A stretch of DNA of 64,000 nucleotides from Isurus oxyrinchus (Eukaryota), in assembly GCA_026770705.1 (NCBI GenBank), contig JANJGN010000150.1, positions 868,001 through 932,000 of the forward strand, given 5' to 3'. How positions within the stretch are numbered: position 1 is the first letter of the stretch; every line of letters begins with the position of its first letter. This document shows positions 35,620 through 48,859 of the stretch, in pieces. Under the pieces are notes generated by a model. That model worked only from the letters and a program-made list of their open reading frames with translations, did not search any database and was not told where the DNA came from. The position numbers and the translations under genes were made by a program.

Positions 35620-38600
35620 AGCTTTGTACAGCAACAATCTGGTCAGTCAGTGCGGACAAATAACGTGTGATGTTGTGTTAAGTTGTAATAAAACTGGTCA
35701 GTGTCCTGGTTATAATCATCTCCGTATCATCGAGTCATTCCAGCAATGGAGGAGGACATTTGGCCCATTGAGTCTATGCTGTCTCTCTGTAAAGCAATCC
35801 ACTCAGTCCCATCCCCTGCTCTATCCCCGTATCCCTGCAAATTTATTTCCAATTTCCGTCCAATTTCCTTTTGAAATTGTTCATCGAATAGGAATGAACA
35901 GAAATGTGACGTTGCTAAACTCTGTTCTCTGATTGGAATGTGCTTTCTGAATGCTGCACCTTTTTCATGCTGCGATAGATTGTAAGAAGCATTTGGGTTA
36001 TGAATAAAATTACATTGATTAACTCAAGTGATTAAAATGCTCAGCCTGTTCTGTAGATATTTAAAGATTAAAATTCTTGTTTTGCTGCAAAATACTTGGC
36101 TCAAAGACATAGCTTCCTGTTGTCACGTTTTCCAATCAGATGAATTCCTCTGTCCATCTTTATAATAGAAATTTCCAATGTAAACATGTCACATTGTAAC
36201 TGCACACTCTTGCCAGTGGGTGGTGTGATACCAAAGCTGTCTTGCTGCAGAGAAACAGCGAGAAATATTCCTGTTGTGTGCATGAACTTCATGTTAGCAT
36301 GAGACACAGGCATCAGATGAAATTTTGTGCAATTTGTACAATGTTCTTTAGACAGTGCAGCACTCCCTCAGTTCAAACCCTCTGACAGTGCAGCACTCCC
36401 TCAGTTCAGACCCTCCGACAGTGCAGCACTTCCTCAGTTCAGACCCTCTGACAGTGCAGCACTCTCTCAGTTCAGACCCTCTGATAGTGCAGCACTTTCT
36501 CAGTTCAGACCCTTTGACAGTGCAGCACTCCCTCATTTCAGACCCTCCGACAGTGCAGCACTCCCTCAGTTCAGACCCTCCGACAGTGCAGCACTCCTTC
36601 AGTTCAGACCCTCCGACAGTGTAGCTCTCCCTCAGTTCATACCCTCCGACAGTGCAGCACTCCCTCAGTTCATACCCTCCGACAGTGCCGCACTACCTCA
36701 GTACTTCTCCGCCGATGCTGCCAGACCTGCTGAGTTTTTCCAGGTATTTCTGTTTCTGTTTCTGTTTTGGATTTCCAGCATCTGCAGTTTTTTTGCTTTT
36801 AGTGCTGGGCAGTTCCTCAGCAAGGATTCGGGCCACAAAACATTGCGAGTGCTGTGGGTCTGCGCCACGATTTAGAGAGCTGTGCTTGGCACGCCTATTC
36901 TAGTCCCAGTCCAGTGTGGTGGGGAGAGTCTGGCAGTCCAGGGTTGGTGGTGCCCAGCATGGTGTGAGTGACGTGGTCAGTCCCTCACACACGTCGGTCC
37001 TGGGGGTGGGTGGCTTGATACTAGGCCGCAGGTGGCACAATCCCAGTCAGGGGAGGCATCTGCAGCCTGTCAGTGGGGAGCAGGTAATATAGAGGGTAGG
37101 GCTGGGGGTGGGAATCGAGGGGGGCCGGTGGTCTCTGTAAGTCACAGTACAATGGGCCTCTAGTTGGAGAGAGGTCAGGTCTACATGGGGCATTGGGATG
37201 TCAACATCAGACAGTCTAGGGAGGAGGACTGGGATGTCAACCCCGAACACAATAAGATCAAGGATTAGAGAGGAAGGGAGGAGACTGATTGGAAGGAGGG
37301 GAATGTGCACATTATGCTCCTCCAGCACGATGGGAGGGACTGTGATGGTTACGGGGGTGGGGGGGAGTGACGTGTGAGGGGATAGAAGCTTACCTGGTGG
37401 TATTGCCTCAGCCTCATCCTTTTTCAAGCTGATCCAATGTCGCAGTTGAAGAATAAGCTACAAAACAAATTGGCAGGGGAGGTCTCCCAGGGCCTGTGGG
37501 AGACATCACCCACTGCATCTTCGGCCTGTTTGAAGGGGCACCCGAACAATTCCGGCTTTTCCAAATGATGAGGAAGACACAGCTGCACCCCGAGTCCCCT
37601 ACTGGGGATCCAGAAGGTTGCAATAGCGCTGCGAGGGACTCATGGGCTCCACAGTGACTCCCTAATTAGCGACTGGAAGGTTTATGTTCATTTATCTTTA
37701 TTATCCGTTCATATTGAGCCATGGAGCTCCTGATTTGTCACCTTTCTGTACCTCGTCCAATGCTTCTGTTATCAGGACTTCCACATCGATGTGAAAGAGC
37801 CATGATGATAGCAGACAGTCGCACAATGGGAATGGCACTAGGCCAGTGATCCAGAGGCCCAGGTGAATGCTTTGAAGGCACGGGTTCAAATCCCACCACG
37901 GCAGCTGGAGGAATTTCAATTTGATTAATCAATAAATTTAATTGATTGATACATTTTGTTGCGCATGCTTCAGTCTTGTCTTTTGCACTGGCGTGCTGGG
38001 CTCCTCCATCATTGAGGATGGGGATATTTGTGGAGCCTCCTCCTCCAGTTTAATTGTCCATGACTGGATGTGACTTCTGGAATGCGAAGCTAGTCTCAGT
38101 AATGGTGACCATTTTCAGTTTTTTACCAATGTCAGTTGAGGGATAAATGTTTGCCCCAGGAAAGTGGACATAACTCCACCCCATCCAGCCCCCATCACCC
38201 CCTCCACACATACCCCCCAACTCCTGACGCACTTCATCTAAATTGTGGCCATGGAATCCTCTATATCCACCTGAGAGGGCAGATTGGTTGCCCCAGTTTA
38301 ATGTCTTATCTGAAAGACAGCGCCTTCAACAGTGCAGCACCCCCTCAGTACTGACCCTCCGACTGTGCAGCACTCCCTCAGTACTGACTCTGACAATGCA
38401 GCACCCTCTCAGTACTGACCCTCCGACTGTGCAGCACTCCCTCAGTACTGACCCTCCAACAGTGCAGCACTCCCTCAAGACTGACCCTCCGACTGTGCAA
38501 CACTCCCTCAAAACTGACCCTCTGACAATGCTGCACTCCCTCAGCACTGACCCTCCGACTGTGCATCCCCCCGCCGGTACTGACCCTTCGACTGTGCAGC

Positions 38601-40264
38601 ACTCCCTCAAGACTGACCCTCTGACAATGCAGCACTCCCTCAGTACTGACCCTCTGACAGTGCAGCACTCCCTCAGTACTAACCCTCTGACAATGCAGCA
38701 CTCCCTCAGTACTGACCCTCCGACAGCTCGGTAATTCCTCAATTACGCCTGGTGGTCCTTTTAACTCGGAGATGAGAGTCGCAGAGAATTGAGCAGACAT
38801 CCTGAACTGACACTTGCAGTGCAAGTACTGGGAGCGCGCTGGTCATTATCATGCTGCTGTCTGTGGGATCTTACTGTGCGCCAATGGCTGATTCTTTTCC
38901 CACAGTACATCAGTGACCTCACATGAAAGAAAAAAGCACTTGATTGTCTGCGAAACACTTTGGGACGTCCTGATGTGTTGGAAGGCGCTAGAGAAATGCA
39001 AGTCCTCTTTGTCTTTCACTCGATCCTCTAAGGTGTCTGTTGATTAACCAGCCTCTCGGTGTATGATGTAGGCCTGGTTATAAACAGGTAGAAGGATCAA
39101 ATATCAAAAGTGCTTTGGCTGACAGTCAAATCGATTGTGCATTCGGAGAGATTAGATATGGTCTGCACACAATAACTCCAGTCTCTGGCACTGACTGCCG
39201 CCTGGGGTCTCCCTTCCACATAACACTCACAACTTGCATTTACACAGCGCCTCTGACATTGCAAAATGTCCCAGCCCACATTACCGGAGCGTAAATCAGA
39301 GAGAAGTCTAACACTGAGTCACATATGGAGATATTAGGGATAGGTGACCAAAAGCTTGGTCAAAGATGTCAGTTTTTAAGGAGCGTCTTAAAGGAGAGAG
39401 AGAGAGAGAGAGGCAGAGAGGTTAAGGGAGGGTATTCCGGAGCTCAGGGCCCCAGGCAGCTGAAGGCACGGCCACCAATGGTGGAGCGATGGGAATCAGG
39501 GGGACCCGGGAGATGCAGTAATGTCAGAGATTTTGGAGGAACATCGGGACCGGAGGAGGTGTTCTCCTGCTCCATATCTCTCTCTCTCTTCCTCTCATCC
39601 ACTCCTCCTCTCCCTGTCTCTCTCTCTCCTACTCTTCCGCTCAATTGCCCTCTCTCCCAATCTTTCTCTCCTCTCTCCCTTTTCCTGTCTCTCTCCCTCT
39701 CTCTCTCCCTGTCTCCTTCTCCCACTCTGTATCTCTCCCTCTCTCTCACACTATTTTTGTACCTTTCGCTCACTCTGTAACTCTCCCTTCCCTGTTAATT
39801 TCTCTCTCTTGGACAATCTCTCTTCCCTTTTCACTTTCCCTCACTCTGCATCTCTTCTTTAATTTCTCCCTCTGTCACTCTCTCCCACCTATGTTCTTTC
39901 CCTTTCACCCCTCCCCGTCCCACTCTCTGTCTCTCTCTTCCAATCCCTCCCTCCCCCATTCCATCCCTCTCTCCGACTCTCGACTCCCAGCCTCTCTTTA
40001 ACCCACTCCCAGGCTGGATCAGTCTCCCTCTCACTGTTCCCGGCGTGGGTTACATTTAAAATTCCTGTGGGGATATGTTCACTTCCTTGGAATTGTCTCT
40101 TCCCAGCTTTGCAAAAAAAGGGGGGGAGGGGGGCTCGATTTCAAACATGCCTCCTGAGTATAACCGAGACAGACTGCCACTGAAATCAGCTTGAAATCAG
40201 AAAACTTTCTGTGGAAGAAACGAGCAGGGAGAAACCTTAAAATAAGGAATGAATTTCCACCTAC

Positions 40265-40321
40265 CGTGTCCGGGGAATCCACAGATTTCTCAATCGTCGA
40301 AGAACCTAAAGCAGTGTCAAC
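40265..40321 (-). CDS. Hepcidin-like exon 2, arm B copy
   Basis: Same 57-nt exon and splice sites as 17957-18013. Confidence 0.55.
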
Positions 40322-42021
40322 CTGCAAAAAGAAAGAATTTATCAGGGAGAAAGTGAGAGGAGGATTGAGGGAGAGGGAGAGAGAGAGAGAGAGGTACAGG
40401 AGAGAGAGAGGGAGGAGGACAGACTTGCATTTCTCTAACGCCTTTCACCACATCCCAATGCATTTCACAGCCACTGAAGGATGTTTTTGAAGTGCACTCA
40501 CACTGTAGGAAATGTGGCAGCTGATTTGTGCACAGCAAGATCCCACAAATAGCAATGTGATCATGGCCTAGATCATCTGCTTTTTAGTGATGTTGGGTGA
40601 GGGATAAATATTGGTCCCAGGACACCGGGGAGAACTCCCCCTGCTCTTCCTCCAAATAGTGGCTGTGGGATCTTTCACACCCGCCCGAGAGGGCAGACGG
40701 GGGACTCAGTTTAATGTCTCATTCAACATTGTTGCGCTCCCTCAGTACTAACCCTTTGACACTGCAGCACTCCCTTAGTATTAACCCTTCGATAGTGCTG
40801 CGCTCCCTCAGTACTGTCCCTCCGTCAGTGCAGCTCTATTTCAGTACTAACTCTTCGACACAGCAGCACTCCCTCAGTACTGACCTCCGACAGTATAGCA
40901 CTCCCTCAGTACTGTCCCTCCAATAGTGCAACACTTCCACACTACTGACCCTCTGAGAGTGCAGCACTCCCTCAGCACGGAGCGTTGATCAACATTATGG
41001 GACTGAATTCCCTGGAGTGAGACTCAGACCAGTGATTTAGGTAGGGTTGTGGGGGCTGGAGGAGGTTACAGAGATAGGGAGGATTCTAGAGGCTGTAGGA
41101 GGTTACAGAGATAGGGAGGGTTGTAGGGGCTGTAGGAGGTTACAGAGATAGGGAGGTGAGTAGGGGCTGTAGGAGGTTAAAGAGATGGGGGGGTTGTGGG
41201 GGCTGGAGGAGGTTACAGAGGTAGGGAGGGTTGTAGAGGCTGGAGGAGGTTACCAAAATAGATACTGTTGTAGGGGCCACAGTAGGTTACAGAGATAGGG
41301 AGAGTTATAGTGTGGAGAGGACGTTATAGAGTTCATGAGCATTGTAGGGGCTGGAGGAGGTTACAGTGATTCTGAGGGTCGTGGGGCCTGGAGGAGTTTA
41401 CAGAGATAGGGAGGGTTGTAGGGTCTGGAGGAGGTTACAGAGATAGGGAGGGTTGTAGGGTCTAGAGGAGGTTACAGTGATCATGAGGGTTGTGGGGCCT
41501 GGGGGAGGTTACAGAGATAGGTAGGGTTGTAGGGGCTGGAGGAGGTTACAGAGATAGGGAGGTTTATAGGGGCTGGAGGAGGTTACAGAGATAGGGAGTG
41601 TTGTAGGGGCTGGAGGAGGTTACGGAGATAGGGAGTGTTGTAGGGGCTGGAGGAGGTAACAGAGATAGGGACAGTTGTAGGGGCTGGAGGAAGTTACAGA
41701 GATAGGGAGGGTTGTAGGGGCTGGAGGAGGTTACAGATATAGGGAGGGTTGTAGCGGCTGGAGAAGGTTACAGAGATAGGGAGGGTTGTAAGGCCTGGTG
41801 GAGGTTACAGAGATAGGGAGTGGCTGAGGAGGGATTGAAAACAAGAATGAGAATTTCAGGGGAAATGACAGAAGGAAATGATGTTAAATTCATAGAGGGC
41901 GACAATATTAAAGGCACGAACATAATAATATCAAACTGCGGAAGTGACCAGTCTATCTGGGTGGTAGACGTAGAGTCATGTGCAAGAAACACCTCACCCA
42001 GAGGGACATCTCTTAGCTTAC

Positions 42022-42114
42022 CCTCGACAAGGAGAAGAAGTGACTCAGCTGCAGGGAGAGCAGCAAAGTCAGAGTGAACAAGACAAGTTGCCATTTCATC
42101 TGGGAGCTTCCCAT
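42022..42114 (-). CDS. Hepcidin-like exon 1 (signal peptide), arm B copy
   Basis: MGSSQMKWQLVLFTLTLLLSLQLSHFFSLSR|gtaagc, with GGCGCC at 42328-42333 upstream. Confidence 0.6.
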
Positions 42115-43899
42115 CTCTGCCTGTCTCTTCTGATCATCTGGCTCTGCTTTGATGCTTTGGTTTGTAACTAGAGGAGCTTCCTGCTCTTATACCTGAAACA
42201 CTTGAAGGGGACAGCCGCGGGTGGGTAGCTGTGTGGTATCACACCCATTTCTGGATATTGCAGTGTCGATGTTCCCTGTCCCACTGGCCTGGGACCAGCA
42301 GTAAGGTCACTGGGACATTGACTGTCTGGCGCCGAGAACTATCAGTCCCTCCGCAACGCCCTTCACCTTGTGCAAATATGTGTTCATATTGACGCAACAC
42401 AACATAGCAAAAACATAGGGGCTGGTTCTTATGTCGGCAAATCAGGTGAACCGCACGCCCCCTAACCCCTTACTCCTCTCATTGCTACACTTACTATTTT
42501 ACAAATTGTGTGCGTTGCTTTTATTTTGGACAAGGGGCCTCGAGGGGGAACTGATTTACATTTTGTAACCTCCTCCAGCCCCTACAACACTCCTTATCTC
42601 TGTAACCTCCTCCAGCCCCTACAACCCTCCCTATCTCTGTAACCTCCTCCAGCCCCTACAACACTCCTTATCTCTGTAACCTCCTCCAGCCCCTGTAACC
42701 CTCCCTATCTCTGTAACCTCCTCCAGCCCCTGTAACCCTCCCCATCTCTTGAAGGGTTCTCAAAATTTTCAACTGTCAAGGAACCCTGGGTTGGTGAGCG
42801 TGAACCCTGACCTCTCCTAGTGCAATTTAGTTAGGGTTTGGGGGTGGGACAAGGGTAAGGGCATTAGTAGCGTGATTCTCCCTCGTTATGCCGTGTGTTC
42901 CCCATTCTTAACTCAGTGTACTTTGTAAGTCTGTATAATCTCAGTGTCATCCTAATGTTAGAAGTTCATTTGTGACTTCAGTAAACTCAGTTTTTGTCTT
43001 GCACCAAAACCAGTTGTCTGCTGCACTTTGTGACAAGCCCCGAATAAGTCCAAGGTCTAGAACCCAGGGAGTGGGAGCGATTCAGACGGCTCAGAAGTCG
43101 CAGGTGAAGCTGACACACACCACCACACCCTACAAGGGGCTGAATGGCCTCCTCCTGTTCCTGTGTAACGGGCATCAGTGGCTGAATGGCCTCCTCCTGT
43201 TCCTGTATAACGGACATAAGTGGCAGAATGGCCTCCTCCTGTTTCTGTGTAACAGTCTTGAGGGGGCTGAATGGCCTCCTCCTGTTCCTGTGTAACAGTC
43301 TCGAGGGGGCTGAATGGGCCTCTTCCTGTTCCTGTGTAACAGGCTCGAGGGGACTGAATGGCCTCCTCCTGTTCCTGTATAACGGACATAAGTGGCAGAA
43401 TGGCCTCCTCTTGTTCCTGTGTAATGGACATAAGTGGCAGAATGGCCTCCTCCTGTTTCTGTGTAACAGTCTTGAGGGGGCTGAATGGCCTCCTCCTGTT
43501 CCTGTGTAACAGTCTCGAGGGGGCTGAATGGGCCTCTTCTGGTTCCTGTGTAACAGTCTCGAGGGGACTGAATGGCCTCCTCCTGTTCCTGTGTAACAGT
43601 CTTGAGGGGGCTGAATGGCCTCCTCCTGTTCCTGTGTAACAGTCTCAAGGGGCTGAATGGCCTCCTTCTGCTCTGTAAACTTGTTGTGATACTGTAACTG
43701 CCTCTTTGGTTTCATTCAGCTGAATCTTCAGCTCTTCAGTCTCTTCCTTGTATCTCTTGCCTTCCTCCTGGAACATTGGACATGGTTGGGTCTTCCCTGC
43801 CAACTGTTTCTTCAGTTTGCTCAGAGCGGCACAGAATTCGCTTTCTTTCTCTTCAGGATTTTCCAGTGGAACCAACTCTGACCTGAGGGACACTTGCAG

Positions 43900-44611
43900 C
43901 CTGTGAGGATGCTTCAATTCTTCAAACTCATTCCGAGATACACTCTCATATTCCCCCAGCAACTCAGCAACTCCTCCAGTGAAACATTTCAGAGCAGCTG
44001 AGCTTGGTTTTCTGGAACCAGTCTCGGCCCAGAAGACTAGGGCCCTCACCTGTCGCTATGATCACTGGAAGCTGGGCTGTCTGCTGCCTGTAGGACACAG
44101 GTACTGGGATGAGGTCCTTTCCCTGTATGGATTCTCCAGTGTGTGTCTTCAGCTGATCCACTGTTGGCTCTAAATTCAGCGTCTGGGTTCCTTCATTTAG
44201 CTGTTTAAATGTGGGCTCTTCCACCACTGTGTCTGAGGCTCCCGTATCTGCCCCATTACTAGTGGCTGCCCATTCACTTGGGTTGTGATGGTTATAGGTT
44301 CAATTTTTACCACTGTGACATTGGACAGGGAATAGACATCGGTATCAGCAGCTTCAGGCTCTGTGATATTATTCACTTCCATCATGTTGGTGCACTGTCT
44401 GATGGGCTGTCTCGATTTCACCCTGCATTGCTTTATTACCCGCCCCTTTCTTGTGGCAGTGATGGCATTCTGCCCCCTTGAACCTGCAGGTGTCCAGTAC
44501 GAACTCACTCCCCCCCACATCGAGAACAGGCCAACTTCGGAGTTGCTGCTGAAATACTCCCACGAAGCCTTTTAGTTTCTGGAGCGGCAGAGACTGTCTC
44601 TCGCTTGGCGG

Positions 44612-44644
<33 letters not shown>

Positions 44645-45043
44645 GTTTGAGCCTCACGCCCGGTGGTTGGTTCCTGTCCCAGCTGAGGACTGGTGCCATG
44701 TTGTACATCCTGTAAATCCCGCCAGTCTCTCCCAGCACTTTCCATGCCTGGCGCTATTTCCATGGTGCGCTTCAAATCGATGTCGGCATCTGCGAGTAAA
44801 CGGCTCTGAATGGCGTTGGGGTGAACGACACAAACCAATCGGCCCCGCAACATGTCATTGAGTGTGTCTCCGAGGTCCCAGTGCTCAGTCACCTGCTTCC
44901 ACTTCACTGTATAGGTTGCGATGGACTCTCCCGGGGCCCTTACTCTGGAGTTAAACTTAAACCTCTGCATTATTACCCACGGCTTCAGCTGAAAATACAT
45001 CTTCATGAGGACGACTAATTGGTGAAAAGATTTAGAATTGGGT
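43900..45043 (-). mobile_element. Gypsy gag-pro remnant, arm B copy
   Basis: Reverse complement of 10495-11630. Confidence 0.9.
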
Positions 45044-45333
45044 GTAATACACGTCACTGTCTTCAGCTCTGAGACTGTCAATCCTCACCAAACAATTCTT
45101 CCCTTCCAAGTCGCCGATTATTTTAGCACGTCCCACGAACGTGGCCATCCCATAATTGGGATCTTTGGTGTATGTGATGGTATATTTCCATCTATACCAA
45201 TATTTATACCAAGCTCCGTGCAGTGCTGTGTAAGAGTGGGAAGGAAAGTCAAAGCTACACGGAATAACCACACAAGAGCTGCTGATGGCCCTCCGAGGCA
45301 GCGCCTTCATAGACCATCCCTCTGACGTCACTC
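45032..45333 (-). CDS. Truncated Siglec/MAG-like V-set exon, arm B copy
   Basis: GVTSEGW...NCLVRIDSLRAEDSDVYYTQF*, phase-1 acceptor intact. Confidence 0.75.
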
Positions 45334-46153
45334 CTGAAAGGCAACAAGGGAGGGGACAGGACATCAAAAAGCAGAATATTACTTCAATGGAGAGAGTCTA
45401 CAGAATGCGACACAGAGGGATCTGGGTGTCCTTGTACATGAATCACAGAAAGTCAGCATTCAGGAACACCACGAAATGAGGAAGGCAAGTGGAATGTTGG
45501 CCTTTATTGCAAAGGGATGGAGTATAAAAGGAGGGAAGTCTTGCTACAACTGTACAGGGCGTTGGTGAGATTGTATCAGGAGCAGTGTGTACAGTTCTGG
45601 TCTCCTTACTTAGGGAGGGATAGACTCTGCATTGGAGGCAGTTCAGAGGAGGATCACTGGGCTGATTCCTGGGATGAAGGGGGTTTGTCTTATGAGGAAA
45701 TGTTGAGCAGGTTGGGCCCTGTATCCATTGGAGTTTAGAAGAATGAGAGGTGATCTTATTGAAACATATAAGATTCTGAGGTGGTGGGGGGTTTGACAGG
45801 GTCGATGCTGAGGGGATGTTACCCCTTGTGGGAGAATCCTGTGAAGCAATAAGGATGTTTTACTGCATTAAAGGTGCTATATAAATGCACTGTCATTCCT
45901 ATTGAAACAAGCTCTCTGATGCACAAACAGAAAATGCTGGAAAAACTCAGCCGGTCTGACAGCATCTGTGGAGAGAGAAACAGAGTTGGTGTTTCGAGTC
46001 CGTATGAGGCTTTTGCTTTTGCTATATTCTCTGACTCGCTAATCACTCACTCTCTGTGTGATCACTAACCCTGTTCTCTAAAATTAAATGTTCACTTCCT
46101 CACTCCAGGAAAGAATCCAATTCCCTGAGTTCCGATCAGTAATGAATTTGTAC

Positions 46154-46199
46154 CTTGCAGCAAGCTGATGAAGATCAGTATCAGACCGACCTCTCCCAT
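46154..46199 (-). CDS. Leader (signal peptide) exon of the truncated V-set gene
   Basis: MGEVGLILIFISLLQ-G, 46 nt, phase-1 donor CAAG|gtacaa, in frame with 45333. A PU.1-like GAGGAAGTGAA lies in the following intron (about 46091-46101). Confidence 0.75.
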
Positions 46200-46459
46200 C
46201 TTCAGTTCCTCATCTAAATGGAAATGATAAAGACAGAGACTTTTTCATAAATTGTCCCCAGCGTTTCTTCCTCAAACAACAACTTGTGGTTAAATGGCAC
46301 CTTTCAGTGAGTTAAACAGCCCCAGGGAATAAACTAATGTCAAGACAAGGAAGGAGAGATTGAGAAGGGACATCGCAAACCGATTCACCAAAGACGGCAA
46401 AAATTCATTGTTCCCTCACTCCCTGTGCTGGGTGTCCAGCTTTTTCTCTCAGTGAGTTT

Positions 46460-47990
46460 AGTCCTCACAATCTCTATCTATCGCACTCTTCTGCTCTATC
46501 TCTCTCTCTCACACACACACATTCTCTCTCTAACACTCACAATCTCTATCTATCACACTCTTCTGCTCTATCTCTCTCTCACACACACACATTCTCTCTC
46601 TAACACTCACAATCTCTCTCTATCACACTCTTCTGCTCTATCTCTCTCTCTCTCACACACACATTCTCTCTCTAACACTCACAATCTCTCTCTATCACAC
46701 TCTTCTGCTCTCTCTCTCTCACACACACACATTCTCTCTCTAACATTCACAATCTCTCTCTATCACACTCTTCTGCTCTATCTCTCTCTCTCTCACACAC
46801 ACACACATTCTCTCTCTAACAAACACAATCTCTCTCTATCGCACTCTTCTGCTCTATCTCTCTCTCTCACAAACACAATCTCTCTCTATCGCACTCTTCT
46901 GCTCTCTCTCTCTCTCTCACAAACACAATCTCTCTCTATCGCACTCTTCTGCTCTCTCTCTCTCTCACAAACACACATTCTCTCTCTAACACTCACAATC
47001 TCTCTCTATCACACTCCTGTGCTCTATCTCTCTCTCTATCACACACACATTCTCTCTCTAACACTCACAATCTCTCTCTATCACACTCTTCTGCTCTCTC
47101 TCTCTCACACACACACACACACATTCTCTCTCTAACAAACACAATCTCTCTCTATCGCACTCCTCTGCTCTATCTCTCTCACACACACACATTCTCTCTC
47201 TAACAAACACAATCTCTCTCTATCGCACTCTTCTGCTCTCTCTCTCTCTCTCACACACACACATTCTCTCTCTAACACTCACAATCTCTCTCTATCACAC
47301 TCTTCTGCTCTTTCTCTCTCTCACACACACACACATTCTCTCTCTAACACTCACAATCTCTCTCTATCACACTCCTCTGCTCTATCTCTCTCTCTCACAC
47401 ACACATTCTCTCTCTAACAAACACAATCTCTCTCTATCACACTCTTCTGCTCTCTCTCTCTCTCACACACACACATTCTCTCTCTAACACTCACAATCTC
47501 TCTCTATCACACTCCTCTGCTCTATCTCTCTCTCTCACACACACATTCTCTCTCTAACAAACACAATCTCTCTCTATCACACTCTTCTGCTCTATCTCTC
47601 TCTCTCACACACACACACATTCTCTCTCTAACACTCACAATCTCTATCACACTCTTCTGCTCTATCTCTCTCTCTCTCACACACACTTTCTCTCTCTAAC
47701 ATTCACAATCTCTCTCTATCACACTCTTCTGCTCTATCTCTCTCTCTCACACACACACATTCTCTCTCTAACACTCACAATCTCCCTCTATCACACTCTT
47801 CTGCTCTATCTCTCTCTCTCAGACACACACACATTCTCTCTCTAACACTCACAATCTCTCTCTATCACACTCTTCTGCTCTATCTCTCTCTCTCACACAC
47901 AGACACGTTCTCTCTCTAACACTCACAATCTCTCTCTATCGCACTCTTCTGCTCTATCTCTCTCTCTCTCACACAAACATTCTCTCTGTC
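46460..47990. repeat. About 70-bp satellite, short arm B version
   Basis: Reverse complement of the monomer at 3000-9480, about 1.5 kb long. Confidence 0.9.
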
Positions 47991-48859
47991 TCCCTCCCTC
48001 AAATACATTCTCTCTCTCTCTCAGACACAAACACTCTCTCACACACTCACACACTTTCCCTAAAAATAACACAATCTCTCTTTCTGTCAAGCACACACTC
48101 TCTCTCACACACACACACTCTCTCTCTCAGACACACACATTCTCTCTCTCTCAAACATTTAACATTTCTCTTCATCTCGCTCTTCTGCTGTCTCTCTCTT
48201 TCTCTCCCTCACACACACACACACTCTCTGTCACAAACACACGCTCTCTCACACACACTCTCTCTCACACACACACACTCTCTGTCACACACACACTCTC
48301 TCTCACACACACTCTCTCTCACACACACACTCTCTCTTTCACAAACACACGCTCTCTCCCACACACTCTCTCTCACACATTCTCACATGCACACTCTCTC
48401 CCTCATATACAAACACTCTCCCTCACACATGCACACTCTCTATCTCTTTTTCTCTCTCACACAGTCTCTCTGTCTCTCTCTGTCTCTCAGACACTCTCTC
48501 TCTCTCTGATACAGAATGTTTTAAGACCTGCTCATGATTTCAGCTCAAAACCCAGGTAGATTCTCCCCAGTGAGGGAGTGGTGAGGGAGTGCTGCACTGT
48601 CAGAGGATCAGTACTGAGGGCGTGCTGCACTGTCAGAGGGTAAGTACTGAGGGAGTGCTGCACTGTCGGAGGGTCGGTACTGAAGGAGTGCTGCACTCTC
48701 AAAGGGTCAGTGCTGAGGGAGTGCTGCACTGTCAGAGGGTGGGCACTGAGGGAATGCTGCTCTGTCAGACCTGCCATATTTCAGATGACATTTGAAATTA
48801 GCAACATGCCTCATGTATAATTATATATCATCAGCTCAAAATAAATAGATTATTCCTGT

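Larger units (their letters stand above)
38700..48817 (-). repeat. Arm B of the inverted segmental duplication
   Basis: Reverse complement of arm A. It lacks A 140-2430, 12595-13440 and about 13600-15620, has a much shorter satellite, and contains about 420 bp (45870-46290) that A lacks. Confidence 0.95.

Noticed and set aside
37780-37850. FPLC on the minus strand as mature hepcidin exon 3
   Set aside because: The motif lies in the end of a tRNA-SINE and has no furin site, acceptor or 8-Cys pattern.
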